Below are positions 36,725 to 57,178 of a DNA stretch of 64,000 bases, one piece after another. The stretch lies in the NCBI RefSeq assembly GCF_009914755.1, contig NC_060930.1; one strand, 5' to 3'. The notes under the pieces were generated by a model, which saw only the letters and a program-made list of their open reading frames with translations, was not told the DNA's origin and ran no database searches. A program made the translations under genes and the position numbers. This DNA comes from the human T2T-CHM13v2.0 reference genome, Homo sapiens. Each line of letters begins with the position of its first letter. The stretch's first letter is position 1.

Positions 36725-38640
36725 AATATTATTTGGGATATATTTTATATATAATAAATGCAGCACTAGCATACATTTTAATGGTCTTTGAAAAATGTAT
36801 ACTCCTGCGTAACTTTCACTACATCAAGACATAGAACACTTCCATCATCCCCCAACATTCAAGTCAATCCTCTGCCATTCCTATACCTAGACAAACACTG
36901 ATACATATTCTGTCATTATAGTTTTTGGCTTTTCTAGAGTTCATATAAGTGGAATCATACAGTATGTACTACTTTTGTGTCAAGAATCGCTTTTTTTTTT
37001 GGCTCGGCATGTGCTTAAGATTATCCATGTTGTTGCATGTTTCAGTAAATTGTCCCATTTTTATTACTGAGTTCATGATATGGATATATCATTATGTATT
37101 TCAATTGGAATTTCAATTTGAATTTCAATTCATGGGCATTCAATGGGCATATCACAAGTTATTTACTCATTTGCCTTTTGGTAGGCCTTTGAGTTCTCGC
37201 TAGCTTTTGGCAATTATGAATAAAGCTTCTGTGAACATTCTTAAACAAGTCTCTGTGTAAGCATACGTTTTCATTTCTCTACGAGTAAAATTACTAGGTC
37301 ATATGGTAGGTGTATGCATGACTTTATGAGAACCAAAGTGGTTGTACAACTTAATGTTTTTACCAGCAATACATGAGAGTAACAGTTGCTCCAAAACCTC
37401 ACCAAAACGTGGTATTTTTAGTTCTTTTAATTTTAGCCATTCTAGTGGGTGTGTCATAATATCTTGTTGGTCTTCCAACTTGCATTTCCCTAATGAATAA
37501 ATGTTGGGCATCTTTTTGTGTGCTTATTAGCCATTCATATATCTTCTTTGATAAAGTATATATTCAAATATTTTGTCCATTTTAAAATTTAATTGTTTAT
37601 CTTTTTATTATTGAGTTTAAAGGGTTTTAAAATACAATCTACATAAAAATTCCTTGGCAGTTAAATGGTTAGCAAATATTTTCTTCCAGTTATTGGCTTG
37701 ACTTTTCATTTTATTAGTGGTGTCTTTCCAAGAGCAAAAGTCTTAAATATTGAAAAGTCAAATTTGCCAATTTTTTTCTTGTGACGGTTTATATTTTTGT
37801 GCCTATCTCAGACAATGTTGACTACTGAAAGATTATAAAGATTTTCTTCTATGCTGTGTTCTGGACATTGTATAATTTTAGCTTTTACATTTCTGTCAAT
37901 GATTCATTTTAAGGTAAATTAAAATGAGTTTTTAATTTACTTACTTTTTTTTAAGAGAGGAGTTTTTAAAAGAGGATCTTTTCCTCCAAAGACATCTTGT
38001 TATAAATAGGGTACCTATATGTGTATTGCTCTTTTTCTGATTTCTGTCTTTCCATTGATCTGTAGGTCTAGCTTTATACTAATTCTACACTGCCTTGATT
38101 ACTTAAGTCTTTCAACTTTGTCTTATGTTTTGAAATAGTGTTTTTCTGGTTCTTTTGCATATCTATATACAGTGTAAAATTAACTTGTCAATTTCCACCA
38201 AAAAAAATCTTTCTAGAATTTTGTTTGTGATTACATTGAATCTATAGCTCAATTTAGAGAAAATTGACATCTTAACAATAATGAATCTTTCTATTAATGA
38301 ACATGGTGTATTCCTCTACTTACTTAGGTCTTAATTTCTCTCATTAATACATTATAATTTTTGGCATATATATTTTGTACATATTTTATTAAATTTTCCT
38401 TAATAATTTTACAGGTTTGGTACTTAAAACTTTCAGCTTTCAAATTTTCATTGTGAGTATTTAACAATGCAATTGATTTTTGCATAGTGAGTGTATCATG
38501 TGATTTCCAAAATTTAATTATTGAGTCTAATAATTTTTGGTGTATTTCTTAGAATTTTCTGCATTATCTTATCATTTGGAAATAATGACAGTTTACTATT
38601 TTGGTTACAATGTGTGTTACATTTATGTTTCTTGCCTTAT
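36725..38640 (-). mobile_element. Old L1M 3' UTR/ORF2 end
   Basis: TCATATAAGTGGAATCATACAGTATG; ORF2-like peptide PLEWLKLK; ATTGACATCTTAACAATA. Confidence 0.8.
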
Positions 38641-38904
38641 TTCACTTGTGTGTCTGCTGGTGAAACCTCTAGGACCAATAAATATATTCAGTTTTATGAT
38701 TTAGGATTAGATAGTTGTGGGGAAACCAGAGTTAATGACTAACCTTTAAAAATCGTTTCGTTTAGTAGCTGAGCACTTATTGTTTCAAATCCTCTAACTT
38801 TTTTGATAAATTTAAGTTTACCCACTTTAGTCTGTGTTTGGTTTAAGTTCAAAGCTGTACAGAAGATGTACAATATTATGCGCAAATGGCTTGTCAGAAA
38901 CCTG

Positions 38905-38996
38905 CCTTCTTCTCCTTCTTTTTGCCCTTCTCCTTCTCCTTCTCCTTCTTCCTCTTCCTCTCCTTCCTTCTTTCTCCTTCTTTCTTCTTTCTTCTT
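38905..38996. repeat. CT-rich polypyrimidine tract
   Basis: About 90 nt of C/T with a single G. Confidence 0.9.
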
Positions 38997-39754
38997 GCCA
39001 ATTTGTTATGTACATGGCAATTTGAACCTTCTGGGTAGGTTCTTAGGCCTGATTCACCACTCATATACCTGAGTCTTTACTGTGTAGGATGACTTTGATT
39101 CCTTCCGGACAGAATGAATTATGTTGCATGGCTTATTTTCTTTTACTGTGTTGAGCTCACACTGGAGAAAATATTAATATTTTCAAAGCTTGTACCACAA
39201 AATACTCAGTTTTGAATAAAAGATTAAATTCTAGTAAACTCTTTCACAGTAGGTGAGGTATTTGCAGTAATAAGGTCTAGAAGAAATTATCTATAAATAC
39301 AATGTGGGATTTGTAATTCTGATAACTTTGGACAATGAAAGCATACAGTAACTTCAAATGTCCTTCTTAATAAATATGTAAGGCTTATTCTATGTTTTGC
39401 TTTTCAAATTGAAAAATGAAAGGTAATTTTGAAAACAGAAGTCTGAATAGTTGATATGTAAATTTGTTAAAATATTTTATTTTAAAACCATGTTATTTTG
39501 ATTTGGTGTTATAAATATAGACTTTACTGATTAAAGATTTGTGTTTGCAAGGAAGTAGACAAGACAAAAATTAGTTTTAACATTATTTGAAACATACCCT
39601 TTTAAGGAAACAACATAACTAAGGGGAGCTTTATTTATGAAGGATTTTTTCAAGATATTTGAAGATATTCTTGTGCACAATTATCTATTTGCATTCAAAA
39701 ACTTAACTTGCTTATACAAACAGGTTGATCTAATCCAAATTACTATGTACATTT

Positions 39755-40040
39755 TTTTTTTTTTTTTGAGATGGTGTCTCGCTTTGCCGCCCAGGCTAGA
39801 GTGCAGTGGCGCGATCTCGGCTCACTGCAAGCTCCGCCTCCCGAGTTCACGCCATTCTTCTGCCTCAGACTACCGAGTAGCTGGGACTACAGGCGCCGCG
39901 CCCGGCTAATTTTTTATATTTTTAGTAGAGACGGGGTTTCACTGTGTTAGCCATGATGGTCTCGATCTCCTGACATTGTGATCTGCCTGCCTCAGCCTCC
40001 CAAAGTGCTGGGATTACAGGCGTGAGCCACCACGCCCGGC
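39755..40040 (-). mobile_element. AluY-like, full length
   Basis: GCAAGCTCCGCCTCCC, TTCACGCCATTC diagnostics; TSD ACTATGTACATTT 39742-39754 / 40041-40053. Confidence 0.95.
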
Positions 40041-43000
40041 ACTATGTACATTTAAAACAGCAAACTTTCAACAAATTTGGAAATTCTTTCAGTGATACTA
40101 TAAATTTAGTGTTATTTAATGTACACCTATTTAACAATGTTATATTTTCTTATGTTATTCACAAATTTTAAATTCAATATAGACTTTTTCCTCTTAATTC
40201 CCTCATTGTGTGCTTGTGATTTTTAAAGCTTGATGAGAGTTATAAAATGATTTTGACTTGACTTTTTTTGGTTAATGTAAATGAAGCAATAGGTGTTTTT
40301 GCTTTTTATAAACATTCAGGTGCTTCTCTACATGGGGTTGCAGTACAAGTAGGAACAATCTTCAAAGGAGAATTGCAGGAATTCTGGAGTTTCCTAGATA
40401 CCTGGTTGGCAATAGTCAGGGAAATATGGGTAATTTTAATTCAGTAAGTTTAGCAATAAAATGTCTACTGATAAAAGGGAGGAAATATGCACATAAATAA
40501 GACAATGTATGTAGTCTTTCAGTTGAATGTGTCTTCTTTACCTGCATACTATGGGCCAATTATGATTTAGGAGACGCTGGATGTTGTTAACCTCCTTATG
40601 TACAGTTAGTGAGTCTTCTAAAAACTGTTGAGGTTGAGAAGTGGGGCTAATCTAAACCTATTAAGATCAGAGATAAGGTCTACTTTAGATGACTAACAAA
40701 ACAAACGGATCAAATATTGCAAGATTCCAAGATTGAAAACTTTTTCTGAAAATAAAATCTTAAAAACAAAAAGCTATACAAAAAAGAAATTGTAACAAAA
40801 AATGCATTGCATGGATCAGCTCTTTAGAAAAATGCAAACTATATAGTGATTTAAGAAAAAAACCATAATGATACTGGGGCAAAGGGTACGTGTGTGTTTG
40901 TGTTTTGTGTGGTGTGAGAGAGCCATATCTTAGCTTTCTGTAATAGAAAATCAATAGCGAATGTAAACATTGACAAATGGAAACTTGTACCTTAACCAAA
41001 AAGAAAAAGATCTTTACACTGGAATTCATTGGAGTCGTCATAGGCCTGTGAGGAGAAGCTGCCTTTTTTGACTGGCTAGCATGATAAATTCTTGGCTCAT
41101 ATTAAGGGCTCGGTAAATGTTGATTGAATGTTTAAATATTCTAGTTGTCTCATTTACCTAGTGATACCCTTTCCCACTGCATGTAGTCATTTTAGAACCA
41201 TGGACTGTCACCACTCAAAACAGGTTACATGACTGATTACTTGGTATCTACACGCAGGAAAGCATTGATCAAGTACTCATAATCAACAGACATGCCAGGG
41301 GATCTTGAAACTGGTGGAGAATTATGAATTTATGTAATATTATAAAAAAGAAAGAAGAATAAACTGGGAAAATCCTGGAAGATGGTGCTGAAGGCACTAT
41401 GCAGACTGTATGTGGTGAGATTAAGAGACTGCTCAAACTGAGAACTAGGTGGAAAAAGCACACTGGAACTCCCAAGAGTTGGGGGCTGAAGTTGCAGTAT
41501 CGGCCCTAAAGAAAATCGTGGATGGTTTCTGTGTTGATAACTAGGGGCCACATGACCATAGGGAAATTTTGGGTGGCCTATGTTTAGAAATGAAGGGAGT
41601 TAACTCGGGGGATGTATCCCTGGAGGTGCCGAGAGGCCCTATTCACTCAACTTCACTGCTGTTTCACACAGATTGTGAGTGGCAGAGTGTGTATCATATG
41701 TTTGTCATTCCTGGTCTAGGATCTGGGACATTGGTCAATTAAATGTCCAATTTAATTGGGATCAAGGCAGGGAAGGCTTAGGAATCTACTTTAAGAAATT
41801 CAACGATACAGAATTAAGGAATACTATTAGGTTGAACCATATGAATAGCAGTTTATTTGACCTTTTTCCAACATTCTATTATGAAAAGTTTCAAATATCT
41901 AATAAAGTTAAAAGAATTTTGAGGGGGAACAGCATTCAATTGTTTTTTTTGACTGCAAAACAGGAATTTCATTTCATTTACTTTGGACACCTTGACCAGG
42001 TATGGTTAGGCTGATGATGGAGGCAGTTTGTTCGTTGGCCTCCTAAGTACTACACACTCCAAGCACCATAGCTAGAACCTATGAATATAACTTGTTATGA
42101 AAAGTGCAGAGAATGGTTGTAGGTGAGATCTTGATGCATAACACAAAAAAAGCTATCCAAATATATTTTATTCACTGTCGCTATAAACCCAGGTAATAAA
42201 AATGCTTCATAAACAACAAAATACAAACCAACAAAAATGTTGATTGTTTTGAGTGTGAATATATATTTGCTTATTCAGAAGTTTTGATACTTTTATGAGA
42301 AAAGCCTTTAGCAGGTGATTATTTTAGTTTTTTTAAATATTTGTGTAGACTGTATTTTCTCATTATTTTCACTTGTGAAAATGGAATTTCTGAAAGAAGC
42401 TGTATGCAGACTAACAATGAAATGGTAATCGATTTGAATGTAAAATAATCTCTTATGATTTGCCATGTTGGTAGATATGATTCAGATTGGAGATTTTGAG
42501 CCACAAAAGATGTCTTTCATGTATCTCCCTAGTCTATTAATCTTTCACATTAATCAGTATTCTTTAAATCAATTGAAACATTTTTTATCCCTGCCTAAAG
42601 GTGGCTTCTTGAAAACCATAACAGTAATTGAACTATGACAGATATCTTGATTAAAAAACAAAAATGAAAACAAAGAATAAAATCACCAAGCTCTAGGCCA
42701 TGCTGTTGTTTTCTGTAAAATGAACTTGGGCATAACACAGGTAAGTCACTTTTTTTCCTGGAATATTATTAGGTGATTTAACATAATTACAGCAACATTT
42801 ATGGGAAACTGTTGGCATTTCAAGTTTATGAAATGGCTTTTAAATGTGCACAGAATAGAGCACCTTTGTTTCTAAGGCTATAAGCATTGAACCAAAACAA
42901 ATAACTGTAAGCTACCCAGTGCCACACCTGACAAATTGTGATTTGCTACATAACTTACTGTTTGGACAGACTTGCATATACTAGAAAATGCATATATTTG

Positions 43001-43816
43001 TGTATGCACACACAAACACACACACCTCAATTTGATATTTTTCTTTCAATTCATAAGAATTAACATTTTAGTCTTAAGGGTTAAAAGGAGGGGTATGAAA
43101 GATAGGCATTTTATAGAAAATTACAAATTACATATATATAAAATACATATATGCACACATATATGTCTATACATATACATGTGATTTTTACTGTGTATAA
43201 ATTGATAATGGCTTGCAAAATTATTTTATAATTAATTCTTTCACCTCGTGATCCCAAATTACAACATAAGACTTCATAGATTTCAAATGGACATTTTTGG
43301 GCACTCATCAGGGAGTCAGAATACAACTCTGAAGGCCGTTAATTTTAACTATGAACATACAGCTATGCTATTTATTAATCTTTTCTATCATTTTTCTTAT
43401 CAAACTTACATTATCACAGAGTATAGGATAGATTTTTAAAAAATTTTTCTTTTGCTGTATGCACCAGGCAGGTGGCTGACTTTTGATCTCAAAATATGTG
43501 TCATCATTTGTGATGAGCAACTATTGAGGTTTTTTTTTTTTTTTTTGAGGTGTAATTGGAGATTTAGCACCTTCTTCCACAAAAGACTTTCTCAATATAG
43601 CACTTACTTTTATCTGCTTTAGAGTGCTAGGCTGAAATCTGAGGGAAATAACAGCTTCCCCTCTGTTGAATTCTGTTTTTGATTGACGCTGTAAGGTTCA
43701 ACATTTTTGTCTTAGTTCTTTATAATATTGTTAGTATATGTACATTAGACCCCCCCATGCCTTATTCTGTAAGAACCCTACAGATGTAAATTATATGAAT
43801 CATGTCTTTCATGGGC

Positions 43817-44030
43817 TTTAAAAACATTTAGAAAGAGAACAGGTTTAATTGGCTCATGGTTCTGCAGGCTGTATAGGAAGTGTGGCACCAGCATCTACTC
43901 CACTTCTGGGGAGGTCTCAGGGAGCTTACTCATAGTGGAAGGTAAAGGGAGAGCGTGAATAGTGGAAGGCAAAGGGAGAGCATTCCACATGGTGGGAGCA
44001 GAAGCAAGTGAGTATTGGGGTGGAGGTGTC
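43817..44030 (-). mobile_element. MST 3' LTR, distal piece
   Basis: GGTTTAATTGGCTCATGGTTCTGCAGGCTGTATAGGAAG; parallels the LTR at 54209-54412; internal 27-bp duplication ATAGTGGAAGG.AAAGGGAGAGC. Confidence 0.85.
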
Positions 44031-45546
44031 ATATATATATAATACTTTAAGTTCTGGGATACATGTGCAGAATGTGCAGGTTTGTTACATAGGTATACAT
44101 GTGCCATGGTGGTTTGCTGAAGCCATCAACCCATCATCTACATTAGATATTTCTCCTAATGCTATGCCTCCCCTTTCCCCCAACCCCCTGACAGGCCCTG
44201 GTATGTGATGTTCCTCTCCCTGTGCCCATATGTTCTCATTGTTCATCTACTTATGAGTGAGAACATGTGGTGTTTGGTTTTCTGTTCCTGTGTTAGTTTT
44301 CTGAGAATGATGGTTTCTAGCTTCATCCATGTCACTGCAAAGGACATGAACTAATCTTTTTTATGGCTGCATAGTATTCCATGGTATATATGTGCCACAT
44401 TTTCTTAATCCAGTCTATCATTGATGGGCATTTGGGTTGGTTTCAAGTCTTTGCTATTGTGAACAGTGCTGCAATAAACAAACGTATGCATGTGACTTTA
44501 TACTACAATGATTTATAATCCTTTGGTATATACCCAGTAATGGGATTGCTAGGTCAAATGGTATTTCTGGTTCTAGATCTTTGAGGAATTGCCACACTGT
44601 CTTCCACAATGGTTGAACTAATTTACACTCCCACCAACAGTGTAAAAGCATTGCTATTTCTCCACATCCTCTCCCGCATCTGTTGTTTCCTGAATTTTTA
44701 ATGAATGCCATTCTAACTGGCATGAGATGGTATCTCATTGTGGTTTTTATTTTCATTTCTCTAATGACCAATGATGATGAGCTTTTTTTCATATGTTTGT
44801 TGGCCTCATAAATGTCTTCTTTTGAGAAGTGTCTGTTCATATCCTTCACCCACTTTTTGATGGTCTTGTTTGTTTTTTTCTTGTAAATTTGTTTAAGTTC
44901 TTTCTAGATTCAGGATATTAGCCCTTTGTCAGATGGATAGATTGCAAAAATTGTCTCCCATTCTGTAGGTTGCCTGTTCACTCTGATGATAGTTTCTTTT
45001 GCTGTGCAGAAGCTCTTTAGTTTAATTAGATTCCGTTTGTCAATTTTGGCTTTTGTTGCCGTTGCTTTTGGTGTTTTAGTCATGAAGTTTTTGCCCATGC
45101 CTATGTCCTGAATGGTATTGCCTAGGTTTTCTTCTAGGGTTTTTATGGTTTTAGGTCTTATGTTTAAATCTTTAATCCATCTTGAGATAACTTTTGTATA
45201 AGGTGTAAGGAAGGGGCCCAGTTTCAGTTTTCTGCATATGGCCAGCCAGTTTTCCCAATGCCATTTATAAAATAGGGAATCCTTTCCCTATTGCTTGTTT
45301 TTGTTGGGTTTGTCAAAGACCAGATGGTTGTAGATGTGTGGTGTTATTTCTGAGGCCTCAGTTTTATTCCACTGGTCTATATATCTGTTTTGGTACCAGT
45401 ACCATGCTGTTTCAGTTACTGTAGACTTGTAGTATAGTTTGAAGTCAGGTAGCATGATGCCTCCAGCCTCGTTCTTATTGCTTGGGATTGTCTTGGCTAT
45501 ATGAGCTCTTTTTTGGTTCCACATGAAATTTAAAGTAGTTTTTTCT
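44031..45546 (-). mobile_element. L1PA7-like 3' 1.5 kb (copy A)
   Basis: 3' UTR plus ORF2 C-terminal peptides ([14 protein letters not shown]); colinear with 45760-47540. Confidence 0.95.
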
Positions 45547-45715
45547 TTTTTTATAGCATACATATGTACACATGTGTAAAGGCATGTCAATTACTCAATC
45601 TACACAAAATGCCAATATTTTTATAAATTCAAGAATCCTTTGTGATAAATTCAGGACCACCAGGAGCTCAAAAATTCCAAGTTTTTGTTTGTTTGTTATT
45701 TTAAATTGGTGGAGG

Positions 45716-52462
<6,747 letters not shown>

Positions 52463-52637
52463 CCCACATATGTTTAAATGACCAGATCTCATGAGAACTC
52501 ACTGTGGTGAGGATAGCATCAAACGATGAGGGATCTGCCTCCATGACCTAGACACCTTTCACCAGGCCTCATCTCCAACACTGAGGATTACTTTTCAACA
52601 TGAAGTTTGGGAAGGGAGAAATATCCAAGCTATATTA
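52463..52637 (-). mobile_element. MST 3' LTR, proximal piece
   Basis: CCAGATCTCATGAGAACTCAC...TCAACATGAAGTTTGGG...ATATCCAAGCTATATTA continues the LTR broken at 44030. Confidence 0.85.
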
Positions 52638-54208
52638 TTCTGTCCCTGGCCCCTCCCAAATCTCATGTCCTTGTCACATTTCAAAATACAATCATCCCTT
52701 CTTAATAATCCCTCAAAGTCTTAACTCATTTCAGCATTTGAGACTCAAGCCAAGTTCTTTCCACCTATGAGCCTAAACAATCAGAAAAAGTGATTTACTT
52801 CCAAATACAATGGGGATTCAGGCATCTGGTAAACATTCCCATTCCAAAAGGGAGAAATTGGCCAAAAGAAAGGGGCTACAGGCCCCATGCAACTTCAATA
52901 CCCAACAGGGTTGTCAGTAAATCTTAAAGCTCCAAAATAATCTTTGATTCTATGTCCCTCATCCAGGGCACACTGGTGCAAGGGGTGGGATCCCAAGGCC
53001 TTGGGCGGCTTTGCTGGGTTCAGCTTCCACAGCTGCTGTCATCATTTGGCATTGAGTACTTGCAGTTTTTCCAGGTGCATGTTGCAAGCTGGTGGTGGAG
53101 CTGCCATTCTGGGGTCTGGAGGACAGTGTCCCTTTTTCCACAGCTCTGCTAGACATTGTTCCAGTGGGGACTCTGTATTGGACTTTCAGCCTTACACTTC
53201 TCCACACTGCCCTAGTAGAGGTTCTTTGCGAGCCCCAGTGGCAAGATTCTGGCTAAGCACCCAGACTTTCTCATGCATCCTCTGAAATCTAGGCAGAGGC
53301 TGCCACGCCTCCTTCACTGTCACACTCTGTGCACCTGCGGGCTTAACACTACATACAGGCTGCCAAGGCTTATGTCTTGCATTCTCCAACATGGCAGCCT
53401 GAGCTGCACCTGGGCCCCTTTGAGCCACAGCTGGAGCTGGAGTGGCTAGGACTTAGGAAGTAGTGCCCCAAGGCTGCACAGAGCATCCAGACCCTGGGGC
53501 TGGCCCACAAAATCATTCAGTCCTCCTAGACATCTGGACCTGTGATAAGAGGGGCTGTCATGAAAGTCTCTGAAATGCCTTCAAGGCAGTTTTTCCCAAT
53601 GTCTTGGCTATTAGTACATGGTGCATAACTAAAGTTATGCAAGTGGTTGCTCACAGCCTGCTTGAATTCCTCCTCTGAAAATGGTTTTTCTTTCTCTGCC
53701 ACATGGCTAGGCTGCAAATTTTCCAAAATTTGATGTTCTGCTTCCTCTTTAAATATAAATTTCAACTTTAAATTATTCTTTTGATCCCTCTCTGAGTGTA
53801 GGTTGTTAGAAATCAGGCCACATCTTGAATGTTCTGCTGCTTAGAAATTTCTTCCACTAGATAGTTTAAATAATCATTTTGAAGTTCAAACTTTCACAGA
53901 TCCCTAGGGCATGGACACAATTCAGCCAGGTTCTTTGCTAAGGCATAACGTGTGTTACCTTTGCCCAATAAGTTCCTAATTTCCATCTGAGACCTTGTTA
54001 GCTTGGACTTCATGGTACATATCACTATTAGCGTTTTGGTCACAATCATTTAAGCAGTCTTTAAGAAGTTCCAAACTTTCTCTTGTTTTCCTATCTTCTT
54101 CTGAGCCCTCCAAACTCTTTTAACCTCTGCCTGTTATCCAGTTCCAAAGCTGCTTCCACGTGTTTAGGTATATTTATAGCAGTGCCCCACTCCTTGGTAC
54201 CAATTTTC
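52638..54208 (-). mobile_element. MST/MaLR internal region
   Basis: Typical MaLR-int ends TTCTGTCCCTGGCCCCTCCCAAATCTCATGTCC and CCCCACTCCTTGGTACCAATTTTC. Confidence 0.9.
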
Positions 54209-54412
54209 TGTGTTAGGATCTTCTTGCATTGCTATAAAGAAATGGGTAATTCATAAGGAAAAGAGGTTTAATTGGCTTATGATTCTACAGGCTGCACAGG
54301 AAGCATGGTGCCAGCATCTGCTTAGCTTCTGAGGAGGCCTTAGAGAGCTTTTACTCATGGCAGAAGGCAAAGTGGGAGCTTGCACATCAAATGGCAGGAG
54401 CAGGAACAAGAG
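54209..54412 (-). mobile_element. MST 5' LTR, partial
   Basis: TGTGTTAGG...CTTGCATTGCTATAAAGAAA...GAGGTTTAATTGGCT. Confidence 0.85.
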
Positions 54413-56077
54413 GAACTTTTGTGAACTTTGGAATGAAATGTTTATTAACTAGAGAAACACATTTGTTTCCCTTTTACCAGATCATTTGAAATTGATGCTG
54501 TGAAGGACCCAGGTAATTTGTTTTTGGTTCACACTCTTTAAGATCCAGGAGATTTATGGGAATTAGATATCATTAAGGGGGTCGTAGTTACCATGTGGCC
54601 CCCTCAGCATTCATGGTCAGTCTGAAAATTTGTTTCAAGCCTCTTAAAGATACGCTCACTGATGTTTAAATGGGACAGATGGGAAAAAAGTAAATGAAAC
54701 AGATGGTTGAATTGTTCCTTTCTGTGTGGTATTAACAGATCCCCTATTAAAGCATACTGTTCTCAGTATGGTTCTGAAAAAGCGTTTATCAGTAGCTAAT
54801 ATTTTATACAACATTGTTCTAGATAATACAGAAAATTATTAAACATTGACTCTGTCTTCTAGGAGCTTAGTGATATCATTTCATAGGACCTCTGAGAGAT
54901 GAAATCTTCTTCAATATGATTAGAGTCTTGTGGACAAAATCTGAGATGCCTTTAAGACCCTGTGTATTTCATAGTTGTTTCTAAGGACATTGTGAATTCA
55001 TATTATAGAGAGGCTATTACATTATAGGTAGGCTAGAAGCCAATTCACACTTTTCTTGGATTGTGGGGATCTTGGATTGTGGGGATCTCCTTTTTGTATG
55101 GGAATCTTGAGATTCCCTGGGATTCCTCCCTTGGAAGGAGATGAGGTTGGAAAAGTTGGTTGTTTTTGCCCTTTGCAAACGCTGTCTCTTAGTCTATATT
55201 TTTCTTATTCCTAGTTCTTCTCTTTTATTCCCCTTTGTTCCCCTTCATTTTGCCTCTCATTTTTTCTGTCTGCTATAACTTGGGATATTAGGTGGGCAAA
55301 TGCCAAATATTCCATTATATCACTTCTATGAGTTGTTTTTATCATTGATACACTTCATTTAGAGAGAATACAAATGAAACAATATTTCTAGTGAGTATAG
55401 CAAAGAAATCAAGTGAGCTGGTGTAGGCATAGGCCTACTTTAAGAAATAGACATGAACTAACATGATCTTAGAACGTTTGTACTAGAAGGACCACCAGAG
55501 TCTCCTCTAATAATTCATGTAATTTTATAAATTATGTATGGAGATTTGGGCCTCGTGTAAAATGACACAATGAATTAGTGGCAGCTGAATATTCTGACTG
55601 ACTCCTAGTCAGAAGTTATGTAAGTGCATAAATTCCCTTCTATTCACAAATGACAATCTAGAATGGGCCCACATCCAATTTTTAGATTCAAATCAGTGGT
55701 CACATCCTAATGAGCTAAATTGGATAGCTAAATCTCAAACCTGCTTTTGGACCAGCTAACTGGAAATAAGTACCATGTAGCATAGTGGAATACTTTGCCC
55801 TCATATTACTCTCAGCCCATGTTGGTTTCGGTCATATTAGTAAACATGAGAGGTATATCTAAGGAAATGAATACATTATGAGATCAGTTCCTCAAAGCTA
55901 CATAACACCTCATGATGAACTATGGAGCACGCAGACAAAGAAACAAGGAGACATTAATTAATTTCTCTAATCAGAAAAGTATTTACATAACTAATTGAAT
56001 GAAAAATGGGACTAGATGACTTCTACTGTTCTTTCCACTCAAGAATGTTCTATTAAACTTGGCCAACAATTTGCTGG

Positions 56078-56700
56078 GTCTATTACTTTTTAGTGCTGTG
56101 TAATAAATTACCACAAGTTTACCAGCTTAAACCAATGTAAATTATCTTTTTACAATTTCTGTGGGTTAGGAGTCCAAGTATGAGTTAAGGTCCTACCACG
56201 TTGAAATCAAGGTATCATCTGGGGCTATAATCTCATCTGAGCCTTGGAATCTTCTCCCAGGCTCATTCAGGCTGTTGGCAAAATCCAGTTGCTTGAGCTT
56301 GTAGGACTGAGGCCCTTCATTCTTAGAGGCTGGCTCTTTCCAAATGCAGTTTATAGCATGTCTGTCTGTTTCTCAAGGCCAGCTGGAGAGTGGTGGCTTT
56401 TATTATTTTTTTTGCTTCAAATCTCTCTGAAGTCTGTCTCTGATCTCTAAACCCCCTTCTTTTGAAAGGTCCTGCCTGATTATGTCAGGTCCACCTAAGA
56501 TAATCTTCCTTTTAATTAACTTAAGTTTAAGTTATTAAAGACCTTAATTGCATCTGCAAAATCCCTTCACCTTTGCCATATAACATAATCTAATTACAGG
56601 AGTGATATCCTGTGATATTCATAGATCCCACACTCAAAGGGAGGGGATTATACACAGTGTGTACAGAAAGGGGGATCATTTTAGCATTCTGCCCACCACA
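56078..56700 (-). mobile_element. MLT1E-like LTR
   Basis: TAATAAATTACCACAAG; CATCTGCAAAATCCCTTCAC; ends ATTCTGCCCACCACA. Confidence 0.8.
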
Positions 56701-57061
56701 TTGGGGAGCAGGAGAGTCCCATGTCTGTTAAAATATTGAGAATAGTAAATTTATAATATCCAGGAGAAAATATTTTTCTAGCTCAGTTTGCAAGGACTAA
56801 CATTTTTTTAATAATTTTAAAATGACATATATTTTCCTTATATGAGATTAAGACATAGCCCCCACTTCAGAAAAAGACAAAAACAACAAAAGCCCCATAG
56901 CCAAATGAATTAGGCTTTCTCTGCATTGCGCTGGCTTGTCTGAAGGATTGTTTTTGAGAATGTTTCTTTTTCCAACTGCAGTTAAAATACATAATAGATT
57001 TATCCTCCTAGTTCCAAAAAATTTACAACTTAACTCCTAAGTCACATTAGTAATAAAACAA

Positions 57062-57178
57062 CACCTGTATCCCAGCACTTTGGGAGGCTGAGGTGGGTGG
57101 ATCACTTGAGGCCAGGAGTTTGAAACCAGCCTGGCCAACATAAAGAAACCTTGTCTCTACTAAAAACTAAAAAAAAAA
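57062..57178 (+). mobile_element. FLAM / Alu left monomer
   Basis: CCCAGCACTTTGGGAGGCTGAGG...GGCCAGGAGTTTGAAACCAGCCTGG...A tail. Confidence 0.85.

Noticed and set aside
38803-39072. Arg-rich, Leu-rich and Ser/Pro-rich ORFs (protamine- or signal-peptide-like)
   Set aside because: Translations of the CT-rich simple repeat
55054-55088. Exact 16-bp tandem duplication TCTTGGATTGTGGGGA
   Set aside because: Ordinary slippage event with no functional cue
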